Of a stretch of DNA of 64,000 nucleotides, positions 13,714 to 28,000 are shown piece after piece. Where the stretch lies: NCBI GenBank assembly GCA_032718475.1, contig JAUCBJ010007457.1:1-64000 (forward strand), in the 5' to 3' direction. The translations under genes and the position numbers were made by a program. Origin of the DNA: Nemertoderma westbladi (Eukaryota; Animalia; Xenacoelomorpha). Below the pieces are notes generated by a model. It was given only the letters and a program-made list of their open reading frames with translations. It made no database searches and was not told the DNA's origin. Each line of letters starts with the position of its first letter. Position 1 is the first letter of the stretch.

Positions 13714-14005
13714 AACGGTGTAAAGTAAGGTAGAATCATTAACGGTGTAAAGTAAGGTAGAGTCATTAACGGTGTAAAGTAAGGTAGAATCATTAACGGT
13801 GTAAAGTAAGGTAGAATCATTACCGGTGTAAAGTAAGGTAGAATCATTAACGGTGTAAAGTAAGGTAGAATCATTAACGGTGTAAAGTAAGGTAGAATCA
13901 TTAACGGTGTAAAGTAAGGTAGAATCATTAACGGTGTAAAGTAAGGTAGAAACATTAACGGTGTAAAGTAAGGTAGAATCATTAACGGTGTAAAGTAAGG
14001 TAGAA
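13714..14005. repeat. 27-bp minisatellite, ~11 copies
   Basis: Unit aacggtgtaaagtaaggtagaatcatt. Confidence 0.93.
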
Positions 14006-14995
14006 ACACCTTACACCAACACCTTTCTACCAACTCACTGTGTACGGCGAGCACTGAGCAATAATGGCCTCCTGTAAGAAACGCCATCATTACGAGATTA
14101 ATTCCACATTATATACGATTAGATGTAAGGTAACATACTAACATTGAAAGTAACAACGCGTTGATCCTTTTTGTTACCCTTAAACAATTTCGATTCAATA
14201 TTTCCATCGTAATACTCCGAATTTTCCAACATTATAAATAATTAACAAACACATTTATTTACAAACGTAGTAACTGGAACACAACGGTAACAGAACTGCG
14301 TCCATTACCGGAACACAACTGCAGTAGCAGTGGATGCGGTTAACAGCTGCTCCAGTACTGATCTATATGGGAAGCTATATTTATATTATAAATAATAGGA
14401 TGGGATGGCTTGAGGTCGTCGTAATACACGGCCATTAGGATTGTTAAATACAAGGGTTAAACACAATTATTTACTGGAATATACACTGTTAGTTGGTTAT
14501 CTTAGTAAATGATTACCTAACTTAGATGAGTAAGTATTTATAAGTATTAGACTTGGAGTTTATCCAGGAATGAATTTCCATGAATTACTCCTACTAGACA
14601 ACTAATGACATAAAAGTAACAATAAGTCCTCACAGTGGAATCAAACAGGGTTGAATAATATTCCTGCGTTGGGAACTAATTTAACCCAATACAGAACCAA
14701 ATGGACCAATGGTTTATTCAATATTATTGATTTGGTTATTAATTATAAATTAGTGAATGTAGTAGCTGGTCTCCCAGGCCACCCAGTGCTCGTGTCAGAA
14801 GGAAAATATGTTTCATTACTCAAACAGAAAGGTCAGGAACAGGTCGTCGCTGAGGTTGTATAGTAGGTTCATGGAACTATATCAAAACTCTGGTACATAA
14901 ATATTGGCAATAACCCAAAACAAAAACGTTTGTAATAACGTCACACCGGCATAGTAATAACGTCCTAGCGGTGCAGTAATAACGGAAAGAAGTGA

Positions 14996-17900
14996 AATCT
15001 ACTAAGCTCTCCAGCCACCACCTAGCGGAAACAACCCGAATCTACTAACCTCGACCTCCACGGGGCTCTCCAGCCACCACCTAGCGGAAACAACTCGAAT
15101 CTACTAACCTCGACCTCCACGGGGCTCTCCAGCCACCACCTAGCGGAAACAACCCGAATCTACTAACCTCGACCTCCACGGGGCTCTCCAGCCACCACCT
15201 AGCGGAAACAACCCGAATCTACTAACCTCGACCTCCACGGGGCTCTCCAGCCACCACCTAGCGGAAACAACCCGAATCTACTAACCTCGACCTCCACGGG
15301 GCTCTCCAGCCACCACCTAGCGGAAACAACCCGAATCTACTAACCTCGACCTCCACGGGGCTCTCCAGCCACCACCTAGCGGAAACAACCCGAATCTACT
15401 AACCTCGACCTCCACGGGGCTCTCCAGCCACCACCTAGCGGAAACAACTCGAATCTACTAACCTCGACCTCCACGGGGCTCTCCAGCCACCACCTAGCGG
15501 AAACAACCCGAATCTACTAACCTCGACCTCCACGGGGCTCTCCAGCCACCACCTAGCGGAAACAACCCGAATCTACTAACCTCGACCTCCACGGGGCTCT
15601 CCAGCCACCACCTAGTGGAAACAACCCGAATCTACTAACCTCGACCTCCACGGGGTTCTCCAGCCACCACCTAGCGGAAACAACCCGAATCTACTAACCT
15701 CGACCTCCACGGGGCTCTCCAGCCACCACCTAGCGGAAACAACCCGAATCTACTAACCTCGACCTCCACGGGGCTCTCCAGCCACCACCTAGCGGAAACA
15801 ACTCGACCTCCACGGGGCTCTCCAGCCACCACCTAGCGGAAACAACCCGAATCTACTAACCTCGACCTCCACGGGGCTCTCCAGCCACCACCTAGCGGAA
15901 ACAACCCGAATCTACTAACCTCGACCTCCACGGGGTTCTCCAGCCACCACCTAGCGGAAACAACCCGAATCTACTAACCTCGACCTCCACGGGGCTCTCC
16001 AGCCACCACCTAGCGGAAACAACTCGAATCTACTAACCTCGACCTCCTCGGGGCTCTCCAGCCACCACCTAGCGGAAACAACCCGAATCTACTAACCTCG
16101 ACCTCCACGGGGTTCTCCAGCCACCACCTAGCGGAAACAACCCGAATCTACTAACCTCGACCTCCACGGGGCTCTCCAGCCACCACCTAGCGGAAACAAC
16201 CCGAATCTACTAACCTCGACCTCCTCGGGGCTCTCCAGCCACCACCTAGCGGAAACAACCCGAATCTACTAACCTCGACCTCCACGGGGCTCTCCAGCCA
16301 CCACCTAGCGGAAACAACCCGAATCTACTAACCTCGACCTCCACGGGGCTCTCCAGCCACCACCTAGCGGAAACAACCCGAATCTACTAACCTCGACCTC
16401 CACGGGGCTCTCCAGCCACCACCTAGCGGAAACAACTCGAATCTACTAACCTCGACCTCCTCGGGGCTCTCCAGCCACCACCTAGCGGAAACAACCCGAA
16501 TCTACTAACCTCGACCTCCACGGGGCTCTCCAGCCACCACCTAGCGGAAACAACTCGAATCTACTAACCTCGACCTCCTCGGGGCTCTCCAGCCACCACC
16601 TAGCGGAAACAACCCGAATCTACTAACCTCGACCTCCACGGGGTTCTCCAGCCACCACCTAGCGGAAACAACCCGAATCTACTAACCTCGACCTCCACGG
16701 GGCTCTCCAGCCACCACCTAGCGGAAACAACCCGAATCTACTAACCTCGACCTCCACGGGGCTCTCCAGCCACCACCTAGCGGAAACAACTCGAATCTAC
16801 TAACCTCGACCTCCACGGGGCTCTCCAGCCACCACCTAGCGGAAACAACCCGAATCTACTAACCTCGACCTCCACGGGGCTCTCCAGCCACCACCTAGCG
16901 GAAACAACTCGACCTCCACGGGGTTCTCCAGCCACCACCTAGCGGAAACAACCCGAATCTACTAACCTCGACCTCCACGGGGTTCTCCAGCCACCACCTA
17001 GCGGAAACAACTCGACCTCCACGGGGCTCTCCAGCCACCACCTAGCGGAAACAACTCGAATCTACTAACCTCGACCTCCACGGGGCTCTCCAGCCACCAC
17101 CTAGCGGAAACAACCCGAATCTACTAACCTCGACCTCCACGGGGTTCTCCAGCCACCACCTAGCGGAAACAACTCGACCTCCACGGGGCTCTCCAGCCAC
17201 CACCTAGCGGAAACAACTCGAATCTACTAACCTCGACCTCCTCGGGGCTCTCCAGCCACCACCTAGCGGAAACAACCCGAATCTACTAACCTCGACCTCC
17301 ACGGGGCTCTCCAGCCACCACCTAGCGGAAACAACCCGAATCTACTAACCTCGACCTCCACGGGGTTCTCCAGCCACCACCTAGCGGAAACAACCCGAAT
17401 CTACTAACCTCGACCTCCACGGGGCTCTCCAGCCACCACCTAGCGGAAACAACCCGAATCTACTAACCTCGACCTCCACGGGGCTCTCCAGCCACCACCT
17501 AGCGGAAACAACCCGAATCTACTAACCTCGACCTCCACGGGGCTCTCCAGCCACCACCTAGCGGAAACAACCCGAATCTACTAACCTCAACCTCCACGGG
17601 GCTCTCCAGCCACCACCTAGCGGAAACAACCCGAATCTACTAACCTCAACCTCCACGGGGCTCTCCAGCCACCACCTAGCGGAAACAACCCGAATCTACT
17701 AACCTCGACCTCCACGGGGCTCTCCAGCCACCACCTAGCGGAAACAACCTCGACCTCCACGGGGCTCTCCAGCCACCACCTAGCGGAAACAACCCGAATC
17801 TACTAACCTCGACCTCCACGGGGCTCTCCAGCCACCACCTAGCGGAAACAACTCGAATCTACTAACCTCGACCTCCACGGGGCTCTCCAGCCACCACCTA

Positions 17901-18181
17901 GCGGAAACAACCCGAATCTACTAACCTCGACCTCCACGGGGCTCTCCAGCCACCACCTAGCGGAAACAACCCGAATCTACTAACCTCGACCTCCACGGGG
18001 CTCTCCAGCCACCACCTAGCGGAAACAACCCGAATCTACTAACCTCGACCTCCACGGGGCTCTCCAGCCACCACCTAGCGGAAACAACCCGAATCTACTA
18101 ACCTCGACCTCCACGGGGCTCTCCAGCCACCACCTAGCGGAAACAACCCGAATCTACTAACCTCGACCTCCGCGGGGCTCT
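14996..18181. repeat. 59-bp tandem array (~54 copies) that copies the exon/donor junction
   Basis: Unit gaatctactaacctcgacctccacggggctctccagccaccacctagcggaaacaaccc. The terminal copy overlaps the last ~20 nt of the Ig3 exon. Confidence 0.97.
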
Positions 18182-18442
18182 TAGGTATTTCTTTTCCGTC
18201 GAAATGGATCAATACTTTGTAGTTTCCGGGTTGTTTAGGGAAGTAAACGCAATCATAAACACCGTCGGGTTTGGGTGTCATGGTAACCGGCTCCTCGAAT
18301 CCCCCAGGCGCGATGAGTTTAACGGTAAGCTGACCGTTTCCGGCCCCCTGCGTGAATACCTTAAAGTCTGCAGGTTCATCAACCCTGAGTCCTTTGGGTT
18401 GGAGACCGCGGCCAGACGCTCTAACCTTCCTTGGGTCACAAA
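18162..18442 (-). CDS. FLN: Filamin exon: Ig repeat 3
   Basis: 281 nt, (V)CDPRKVRASGRGLQPKGLRVDEPADFKVFTQGAGNG...DGVYDCVYFPKQPGNYKVLIHFDGKEIPKSPAEVE. 'GRGLQPKG.RV...ADFKV.T.GAG' is typical of filamin Ig3. Acceptor ctttacAG, donor GAG|GTTAGT, phase 1/0. Confidence 0.95.
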
Positions 18443-19096
18443 CTGTAAAGTAATCAAATCAATGCGATAATTAAATCAAATATAACACATTCAATAAAAT
18501 ATTAAGAGTTCTTCTATATTTGTCTATAAATATCTATACAAAGAAACATAATTATATTGGTATCTCAACGGAGAAATAAATGTATTGAGGCATGAAAAAT
18601 AATAGCAGTCATTTTTCAATATAAGCATCTCCTTTTTTGGATAGAATTGCTTTATTTCAATAAAATAATATATATTTTATGTTTTATAAAAAAAAGGGTT
18701 AGGAATATGTGAGGTGTTAGATTGGGTAATATGGATTGGGTAATAGCAAGTAATAAACAACGCATATGTTAATTTATTAATTTGTCAAAATCAAAAAATA
18801 AATACATGATAATACGATTTTTTTTTTAAAAAGAAACAAGTATTAAGTATTAATTGAATAGTTAGTATATTAGTAGTTATAACGATAAACCCAATAATAC
18901 AAGATTATGTACATCATTAGTGGCTAATATAATCAATGTAAAGTAAATACGCGACGCATAGAAAGAAATTCAAGAAAGTGTTTAACAATGCAAATCAACT
19001 TGAATTAAAACCCCGTGGCTTCAAATAATGGTAGACTAAAGTGTATGAAATCAGTGAAGTGTGAGTTTATTCCACATAAACGATTATATTATTTAC

Positions 19097-22000
19097 CGTC
19101 GTTAAACTGGCGGGATCGAGTGTAAGGAGATATAGGAGGGAAGGCAAGTGGGTCTACTGGGTACCTGGTGTAGGCCTGATTGTCTGGATGTCTGGACGAG
19201 GGATAGGCCTGACTGTCTGGATGTCTGGACGAGGGATAGGCCTGACTGTCTGGATGTCTGGACGAGGGATAGGCCTGACTGTCTGGATGTCTGGACGAGG
19301 GATAGGCCTGATTGTCTGGATGTCTGGGCGATGGATAGGCCTGACTGTCTGGATGTCTGGGCGAGGGATAGGCCTGACTGTCTGGATGTCTGGGCGATGG
19401 GTAGGCCTGACTGTCTGGATGTCTGGGTGATGGGTAGACCTGGCTGTCTGGGTGTCTTGAAGACGGATAAGCCTGTGTATCGGAAGGATATCTCTGTGCT
19501 GGGTTTGACTGCGTGTCGGGGTATCTAGAAGTCCGCATTGGAGGTGACATAAACACATCTCCAGAAGAGTCAGACTGTATGCGCGGTGCAACCCGCGGAG
19601 ATGAGTACGGCTGGGTATCGGAATCCGATGGGAAGTGGGAAGACCGATTTGGCGAGAATAAATAATCTTTAGGTTGTCTACGACTATTCGGAGAGGCTTG
19701 TCTCCCTGGTCGTGGTCTTATTGGATGCTTCGGTGAACCCGATGGGGAATGACCAGTGGACCGTCGTGGTTTACTGCGCACTGGAGACATCTGAACATGG
19801 TGAGAAAATTCCTGTCTCGTATAAAATATGGAACTAATAAGAGGAACTTTGTGTTCTTTGACTGAAATTGATGAATCGAGAGGGAATTCTTTGTCTTCTT
19901 TATCAACAGGATTTTCTTCATTATCTTTATAATCATTGTGCGCCATTTCAATTAATTCGTCTATCATTTGACTTGGTCTTCTTTTAGACTGCGGTACAAA
20001 TTCAGGAGATGGAATATTAGAAGCCTGCAGATCTCCTGGTGTGGGTACTGGGAAATATGATGATAAATCTTCATCAGCAACATCAATGAGTCCATGGCCA
20101 TCCAAAGTTGGTGGTTCACTTTCAACCTCGTAGTCTTTGTGTTCAAAAGGCATTTCTTCATCAACCATCTGCCCGCTTTGTGGATCTAATGGCCCATTTT
20201 GCATCTGCATCGAGGGTTTCGGGCCTGGTTTTTCTTGAGTTGGTGTTTTTCTGTCAATGGGACTCGATGGATCATATGGAGACCCATCCTGATTGACAAG
20301 GTGACCATCGGGAGTTGCAATGAGAGGGCTTCCTTTGTTGCCTTGAAGTGGTTGAGAATTAGGGCCAAGTAATTCATTATTGGGCCCCAGTCTCAATGGC
20401 TTCCCAGTGGGATATTTCAATGGTTGACCATTTGGGTTGACAACCGCTCCATTTTCATTGACTGATAGAGGTACACCATCTCTGTCTACTAGTTGACCAT
20501 CCGGACTAACTAGAATTGGTTCATTTTTATTTGTTGTAAGTGGAACACCATCATTTGAGCAAAGTGGAAAAGATTTTACTGGGGCAGTTCTTCGTGGTTG
20601 TACAGAGGATTGATAAGGTCGTCTCAATTTACCCTCATCATCAACATACACGGGATTACCTTCTGCATCCTTAATTGGTTTTCCAGCAGCATCCAGCAGT
20701 TCTCCATTGCGACCCAATTTGACTGGCTTGCCATTAGCATACTTTAGCAAGTTACCTTTACTGTCAACTAATCCATCGGGGGTTACACGAATCGGGTCTC
20801 CATTAGCATCAACGAGCTGTCTATCTGGATTTACACAAATTGGAGTTGAAGTAGTTTTAAGTGGTCGACCATCCGGGGAAAGAAGAGGTTTTAATGGTCG
20901 TCGTTGACTAGCTGGATCTTTTGTTTGTTTAAGTAAAGGTTGAAAGGGTGTTCCATCTTTGTGTAGAATTTGTCCATCTTCAGATAAGTAAAGGGGATTA
21001 TTGTCCGAATCAAGCATTGAGGTTTGTGTAGAATCTAATATTTCATTATCTGGCCCAAGTATAATATCTCTATCATTGTCATATGCAATTACCTTACCTG
21101 ATGGGTCAACAATTTCACCATTATTCCCAATACTCAACGGTTCTCCCTTTACACCAAGTAATTTCCCTCCATGGGATATCCTTAGTGGCTGGTTGTCGCT
21201 TGTATATATTTTACGACCATCACCAGATTCAAAATACAAAACATCCTTGTCACCTGGAGTAAATGGCTTCCTTGTGGGTTTCCACAAACGCGGGAAAGGC
21301 TTTCGCGGATCAAAATTAGACCCATCCTCCAAAATAATTTGTCCGTCGCGTTTTAGATGCAGTGGTTTGTCATTGTAATCCTTTAATATTTGGCCATCAT
21401 GTGAGATAAGCTTACGGTCTACACCAAGCTCTATAATTCGTCCATCTGGAAAACGTTGCATTTTACCATCTGGAGAATTCAATTGACCTCTGCGATCTAC
21501 TGCAATAGGTTCTCCATCATGACCTACCATTTTCCCTTTCTGTGTTACATGCATTACCTGGCCTGTTAGTTGAAATATTGATATTTCATTTAGATCAATT
21601 AATGGTTTTCTATCTGGTAAACTCGATCTGTCTTTTTCCGGTTTATCATGACTCTCTAGAATGTCCTCCATCCATAAAAAGTCAGCAGGGGTTTCACCAT
21701 GACACATCTTATCGGTAGGAGGGGGCAGAAGCAAACATTCTATATCAATTTCTAAATCATCATCAAATTCATCTAATTCTGTATCCAGTTTGGCAGCAGT
21801 GACAGGTTTCTTTACAAAATCATGTGGAGGAATTACAGGCAACCCATTGCTATCCGTTATTCTTCCAACTTTATCCACATGCAAAGGAAGACCATTGTTC
21901 CCATTAATCGGCCTCCCTTGTTCATCTAACAGTTCCCCATTTCGGGCCAGACGGATTTCTTTTCTATTGGGATATTTCACAACATTGCCATTAGGTTTTC

Positions 22001-25000
22001 TCAATTCCGAATTAGGCCCAACACTAAGAAGCTCTCCATCTGGACTTAGTAACTGTGAACCTGGAGTCATTGCCAATGGCTTGTAATTATCTGTAAACAC
22101 TTGCCTACCATCATTTGAAACAAGAGGTATAACAGATTCTCTACACAATGGGTTCCCTTTAGAGTCATACAATTGTCCATCATCATCCATGGTGACAGGC
22201 TCACCATCTGGACCAATTATTGGCTTACCATCAGAATCTAGTAGACCTCCATTCTCGTTCACATGAAGGAGTTCACCATTTGGACCTAACAGTGGCTTTC
22301 TGTTACCTGAAATCACCAGGTTTCCAGAGTTATCCACAGTTACACCCTTCCCATGTCGGTTAAATAATTTACCTTGGGGTGAAACCATCAATGGATGGCC
22401 CTCATTATCAACTAAAGGTCTTCCATATACATCATGGAGTTTAGATGCATCTGTAGATGGCAGTTTTCTGGATGAGGAACTAACTGGGTGAGTATGGCCA
22501 GCTGGATCCATTGAAACGGGCATTCCTGCCTCTGTCATCAAACATCCATCTTTATCTACCTTCACAGGATGTCCATCTGGACCAATAATTTTATCACCAC
22601 CTGGATTAAATAAATTACCACCGATTCCTACCTTAACTGGTTTACCATCAGGACCTAGCAATGGAGAGCCATTGGGGGAGACTAAAACCCCATCAGGTCT
22701 CACATGTACAATTTTTCCATCAGGATCTAACAATAGACCATCCTTCCGAACTAAAACAGGGCGTCCATCAGCGCCAACTAATGGCACACCCTTTGGGCCA
22801 AAAAATTGTGGTGCTGGAGTTGTCTTGCAAGGAACACCATCCTCTGAAAAAATTGGTTGACCATTTTTATTGAGCAAATGTCCTGCTGGAGAAACATAAA
22901 CTGGTTCGTGCTCAGAGTCCATTAATGATCCATCACTATCAAACGAAATCGGCTCCCCATCTGAACCAACTATAGGATTTCCATCATTGTCATATAATAA
23001 TTTTCTTGGCCCCAAAGATAGTGGTTTTCCCCCAGGTCCAAGAATTGGATTTCCATTGTTTTCAACAATTGTTCCATCATCCCTTATAGTCAAATTATCT
23101 CCATTTGGGGATACCAGTTGTCCATTAGGCAATACTTTTAGAGGTTTACCATTTTTATCTAAAAGTTGTTTTCCATATGGCCCATAAACAAGAGCACCAG
23201 GCCCCATTACATTTGCTTCACCATTGGGAGACTTAACCACTGACCCATCTGGATGCTTTAAAATCCCATTACTATCAACTGAAATTGGTTGACCATTGAC
23301 GTCAAATATTTGCCCATCATCTCTTACTAGCAAAGGTTCACCATTAGCTGATAATATTGGATTTCCAGATTGATCAATTAATGGTTGGAAATCAGAAATA
23401 TTCTGCGGGTTTCCATTATCATCACAAATTTCATTCATATCTTTGTCAAATAACATTCCATTTGCCCCAATTAAAACTGGTGACCCATTTGCATCAACAA
23501 GCTTCCCATCTCCTGTAAATTTTATAGGTTTACCATCAGGACCTAATAATTCATTCCCACTCGAATCATAAATTCTACCATCTGGGCCTACACGAAGAGG
23601 AGTACCATTGGGTCCCAAAATTGGATCACCATTTCTACCCAAAATTGTACCATCTGGTGAAACTTGTAAGGGTTCCCCATTGTAACCTTGCAACTGACCC
23701 TGTGGTGATATAGTTAGTGGATAACCATCCTTGGAAAATAAAGGCTTCCCATTGGAATCATACAACAAACAGGGTGGTGCCTTAATAATTGGAATACCAT
23801 CTTTATTTTTAATAGGATCCCCATTAGAATTAAAGAGTTGCCCATTATCTGCCCTCAGTAATGGATTACCTTTGTTATCATATATCTGCCCATCATCTGC
23901 AACATATGTTTCAGGAGGTTGAGGTTTTGTGCTTTGGTTTGAATTATCACTGACATCAATTTTCACTGGTTTACCATCTGGACCTAACAATGGAACTCCT
24001 TCATCAGTTATCAATTTCCCATTAGGTCCAACAAACAATGGCGCACCATCAGGTGTAAGTAACATGCCATCCTCTCGGACTAATACAGGTCGACCATCAG
24101 GCCCAAGCAGTGGTAAACCATCGGGGCCACGCATAACATCTTGTGGTACCATACTGGAACCACGTTTTCCTTTACGACTCTGTAATGGATGTCCATATTT
24201 ATCAAATAAGTCACCATCTGGACCAATAGTTAAGGGGCTGCCATTATTATCTATTAAAGTCCCATTAGGGCTGAATGATAATGGAATTCCATTTGATCCC
24301 ATAATTGGTTTACCTAAAGCATCATAAACATGTCGTTTTGGGCCAACATTTAGTTTCTTTCCATCTGGACCAAGAAGTGGTTGGCCATATGGTGTAAGCA
24401 AGTTTCCATCCTTATCAATAGTCAATTTGTCACCATCTGGTGAAATAAGTTGCCCATTAGGAGATATTTTTAGTGGCTTACTATTTCTATCTAACAATGG
24501 TATACCATCCTTGTCATATACATAAGACCCAGGCCCAATGTAAATATTATCTGTATCTAAGTTACATACAGGTATCCCATCTGCATCTGTCAATAGACCA
24601 CTTGGTGATACAAATAAAGGATTGCCATTTGAATCAATAATTTCTCCATCTTCCCCTACAAAAATAGGTTCACCCTGAGAATCAAGTACATTTTTTCCAG
24701 AAGCATCCACTAATGGTTTCATATCACTGACAGTGCTTAGCTTACCATGCTTTCCTTTCCTGGGGCCCCTTGTAGGATGACTAGGATTGTCTTTCTCAGT
24801 TGGTGTTTTCAACAAATTACCTAAATCCATTGCCGCTTCTTTCTCATCTGCAGGCCACATTCTTCCATGTTTTTTGGTATCGGGTGATAAGGAAAAGTCC
24901 CGCCCACCGGGATTGAAGAGCCCACGACTAGTGTGGGGATATAAACCTTCACTCATTTCAACCTTTACGGGAATTCCATCAGGACCTAAAAGTGCATCAC

Positions 25001-28000
25001 CATCATTAGTGATTAATACACCATCAGGTCCAACAAACAATGGCACTCCATCAGGTGTAAGTAACATACCATCCTCTCGGACTAATACAGGTCGACCATC
25101 AGGCCCAAGCAGTGGTAAACCATCGGGGCCACGCATAACATCTTGTGGTACCATACTGGAACCACGTTTTCCTTTACGACTCTGTAATGGATGTCCATAT
25201 TTATCAAATAAGTCACCATCTGGACCAATAGTTAAGGGGCTGCCATTATTATCTATTAAAGTCCCATTAGGGCTGAATGATAATGGAATTCCATTTGATC
25301 CCATAATTGGTTTACCTAATGCATCATAAACATTACGTTGTGGTCCAACTGTTAACCTCTCTCCATTTGGCCCAATCATCGCTTTACCATCTGGAGTAAG
25401 CAAGGTGCCATCTTTATCAATAATTAGGTTTTGACCATCTGGTGAAAGGAGTTGACCATCTGGAGATAATTTCAAGGGTCGATTATCACTATCCAAAAGA
25501 GGTCTGCCATCTTTTCCATATATATAAGAGCCAGGTCCAACATGTAAGTCTTTTGAATCTTGCCCAGATACTGGTGTTCCCTCCTCATCAGTCAAAATTC
25601 CACTTGGGGTGACAAACAATGGATTCCCATTACGGTCAAATATAGCACCATCATCATCTACTAAGATTGGATACCCATCAGCATTAAGTACAGGGTTTCC
25701 TGATACATCTAAAAGATTATGCATATTATCAATATCACCTTTTTGACTTGATGATTTTGTGTCTATTTTTGGCTGATCAGAATCAACATGTACCTTTTCT
25801 AACTGTGGATTAAGCAAAGGTGTACCATCCTCATTCATCAAAATACCACTTGGAGACAAAAATAAAGGATTTCCTCTCGAATCAACTATTTCACCATCTT
25901 CTCCAACTAGTACAGGATTTCCCTCAGCATCTAGAACAGGGTTTCCTGAACTGTCCAGGAGTGTAGAGAAATCATCCAAATCCTCTTCACATTCATTCTC
26001 AATGACATCATCATTATTTAATATAACAGGATTTCCATTTGAATCACGAATAGGATCACCAGCAGAATTTTCAAGTGATCCTGCTGCATTCTTGAAAACA
26101 ACATTACCATCTGAATCCACTAGAGTGCCATCTTCTAATTCCTTAATAGGTAAGCCTCTATGGTCAAGTAATGGTTTTCCATCTAACCCAAGTATGGGTT
26201 TAGCACTACCAGCTTTACACAAGTTTGGAGTGTTATTTGGAAGATCTTTGTTAAACAATGGAAGTGATTCCATTTGGTCTGGAGTAACAGTTAATCCATT
26301 TCTATTCATTAACTCGCCATCTTTACTAATTTTTAAGGGCTTGCCTTCAGGATCTTTTAGACCAGCACCACATGGTCCTTTTGGTGTTTTTATGAGCCCA
26401 ACCCTTACAGGTTTACCATTAGGCCCCAGTAAAGGTTTATTGTCAGCAGTTACCAAATACCCATCAGGATTTACCCTAAGAACTTTTCCATCAGGATTTA
26501 ATAACATTCCATCCTTTCTAACTAACACAGGTCTTCCATCTGATCCAATAAGTGGTAAACCGTCAGGGCCAAACACTTGGGTGCATGATATTAAGCGAAT
26601 ATGCTTTGCAGACTTGTCATAAATAAATTTCCCATTTATGTCAGTTACCTTGCCATCAGGTGCGACATGTAAATAATTTTCAGCAGAATCATGAAGGCTT
26701 CCATCATTAAACAAAGTCAACGATTTTCCGTAAGGATCCATTACAGGCTTACCATCCGGATTTAATACCTTTCTATCTGGGCCTATGCTTAATGGCTTTC
26801 CATTTCGGCCAAAGACAGCATTGTTGGTAGATGAAACAATCTGTCCACGTTTATTTATAGAAGATTTCTCACCTTTGGACAATAATTGGCCAGTTGGTGA
26901 TATTTTCAATGAATTACCATCGCTATCCAAGAGTGGCTTTCCATTAGGCCCCAAAACATAAGCACCAGGTCCAAGAACAATGGTTTTTCCATTAGGACCA
27001 CAAACTGGAATATTATTCACATTTACTACCTCCCCGTTAGCTTCTATGTGAAGTGGTTGCCCATTTACATCGAATAGTTTTCCATCATCGCGACAAACCA
27101 AAGGATGACCACCTGGTCCACTTACATCATTGTTATCTATTCCATGAACATGTTGGACAGCGCCAATGGTGGTTTTATCATCATCTTGTTCTTCAATATG
27201 ACCTACAATATCTACAAAAATCTCTCCACTTGGTGAAATATTTATAGGATTTCCATTACCATCTGCAACTCTTCCATTCGAGTTCAAAGCCAACGGATTA
27301 CCAAGTGAATCCGTAATAGGAGTTCCTTTTGAACTATATATATGATCCGGCAATGTAGTGATTTCATCATCATTTGGTACATTTACAAGACCTTGGGGTG
27401 AAATTAATAAAGGTTGACCATTCTTTGTTAACAATGGTTTACCACTCTTGTCATATAACAAACAACCAGTTCCCAAAACAAGTTTATTGTTGTGTTTATC
27501 ATAGACAAGGCGTCCTGATGAGGTTATTATTAGATGACCAAATTCATCTTTATATAATGGGTACTTTTTAGAATTATACAGATTTCCATTTCTAGATGAC
27601 AATAATGCATTTCCAATATAATCATTTACAATCTTGCCATCATATCCAAACAAGGGAAAGAGAGCATCCGATTTACAATATGAGCCATCAGAGTCCACTA
27701 AGTTAGTTCCATTATTACCCCTCAGTAAACCATTACTATCTATAACAATACTATTTCCTTCAGTGTCATTCAAAACTCCATTTGTATCAAAGAAAATGTT
27801 ATCACCATTACTATCTTTAGTTATTTGTCCTGAAATCCCAATAAAATAGGATCCTGCATTTAAACTAAGATTATTATTATGTGCATCTTTTAAAGGAGAA
27901 CCACGATCATTTATGATGCCATTCCTGTTGCATTGTAGTTTATGTCCTTCAGCATTATGCAGTCGGCCCTGAGAATCAATTATTACAGGCCGGCCATCAG

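Noticed and set aside
14996-18181. CRISPR-like appearance of the regular 26-75-bp arrays
   Set aside because: The repeats are head-to-tail with no unique spacers, there are no cas genes, and the context is a eukaryotic intron.
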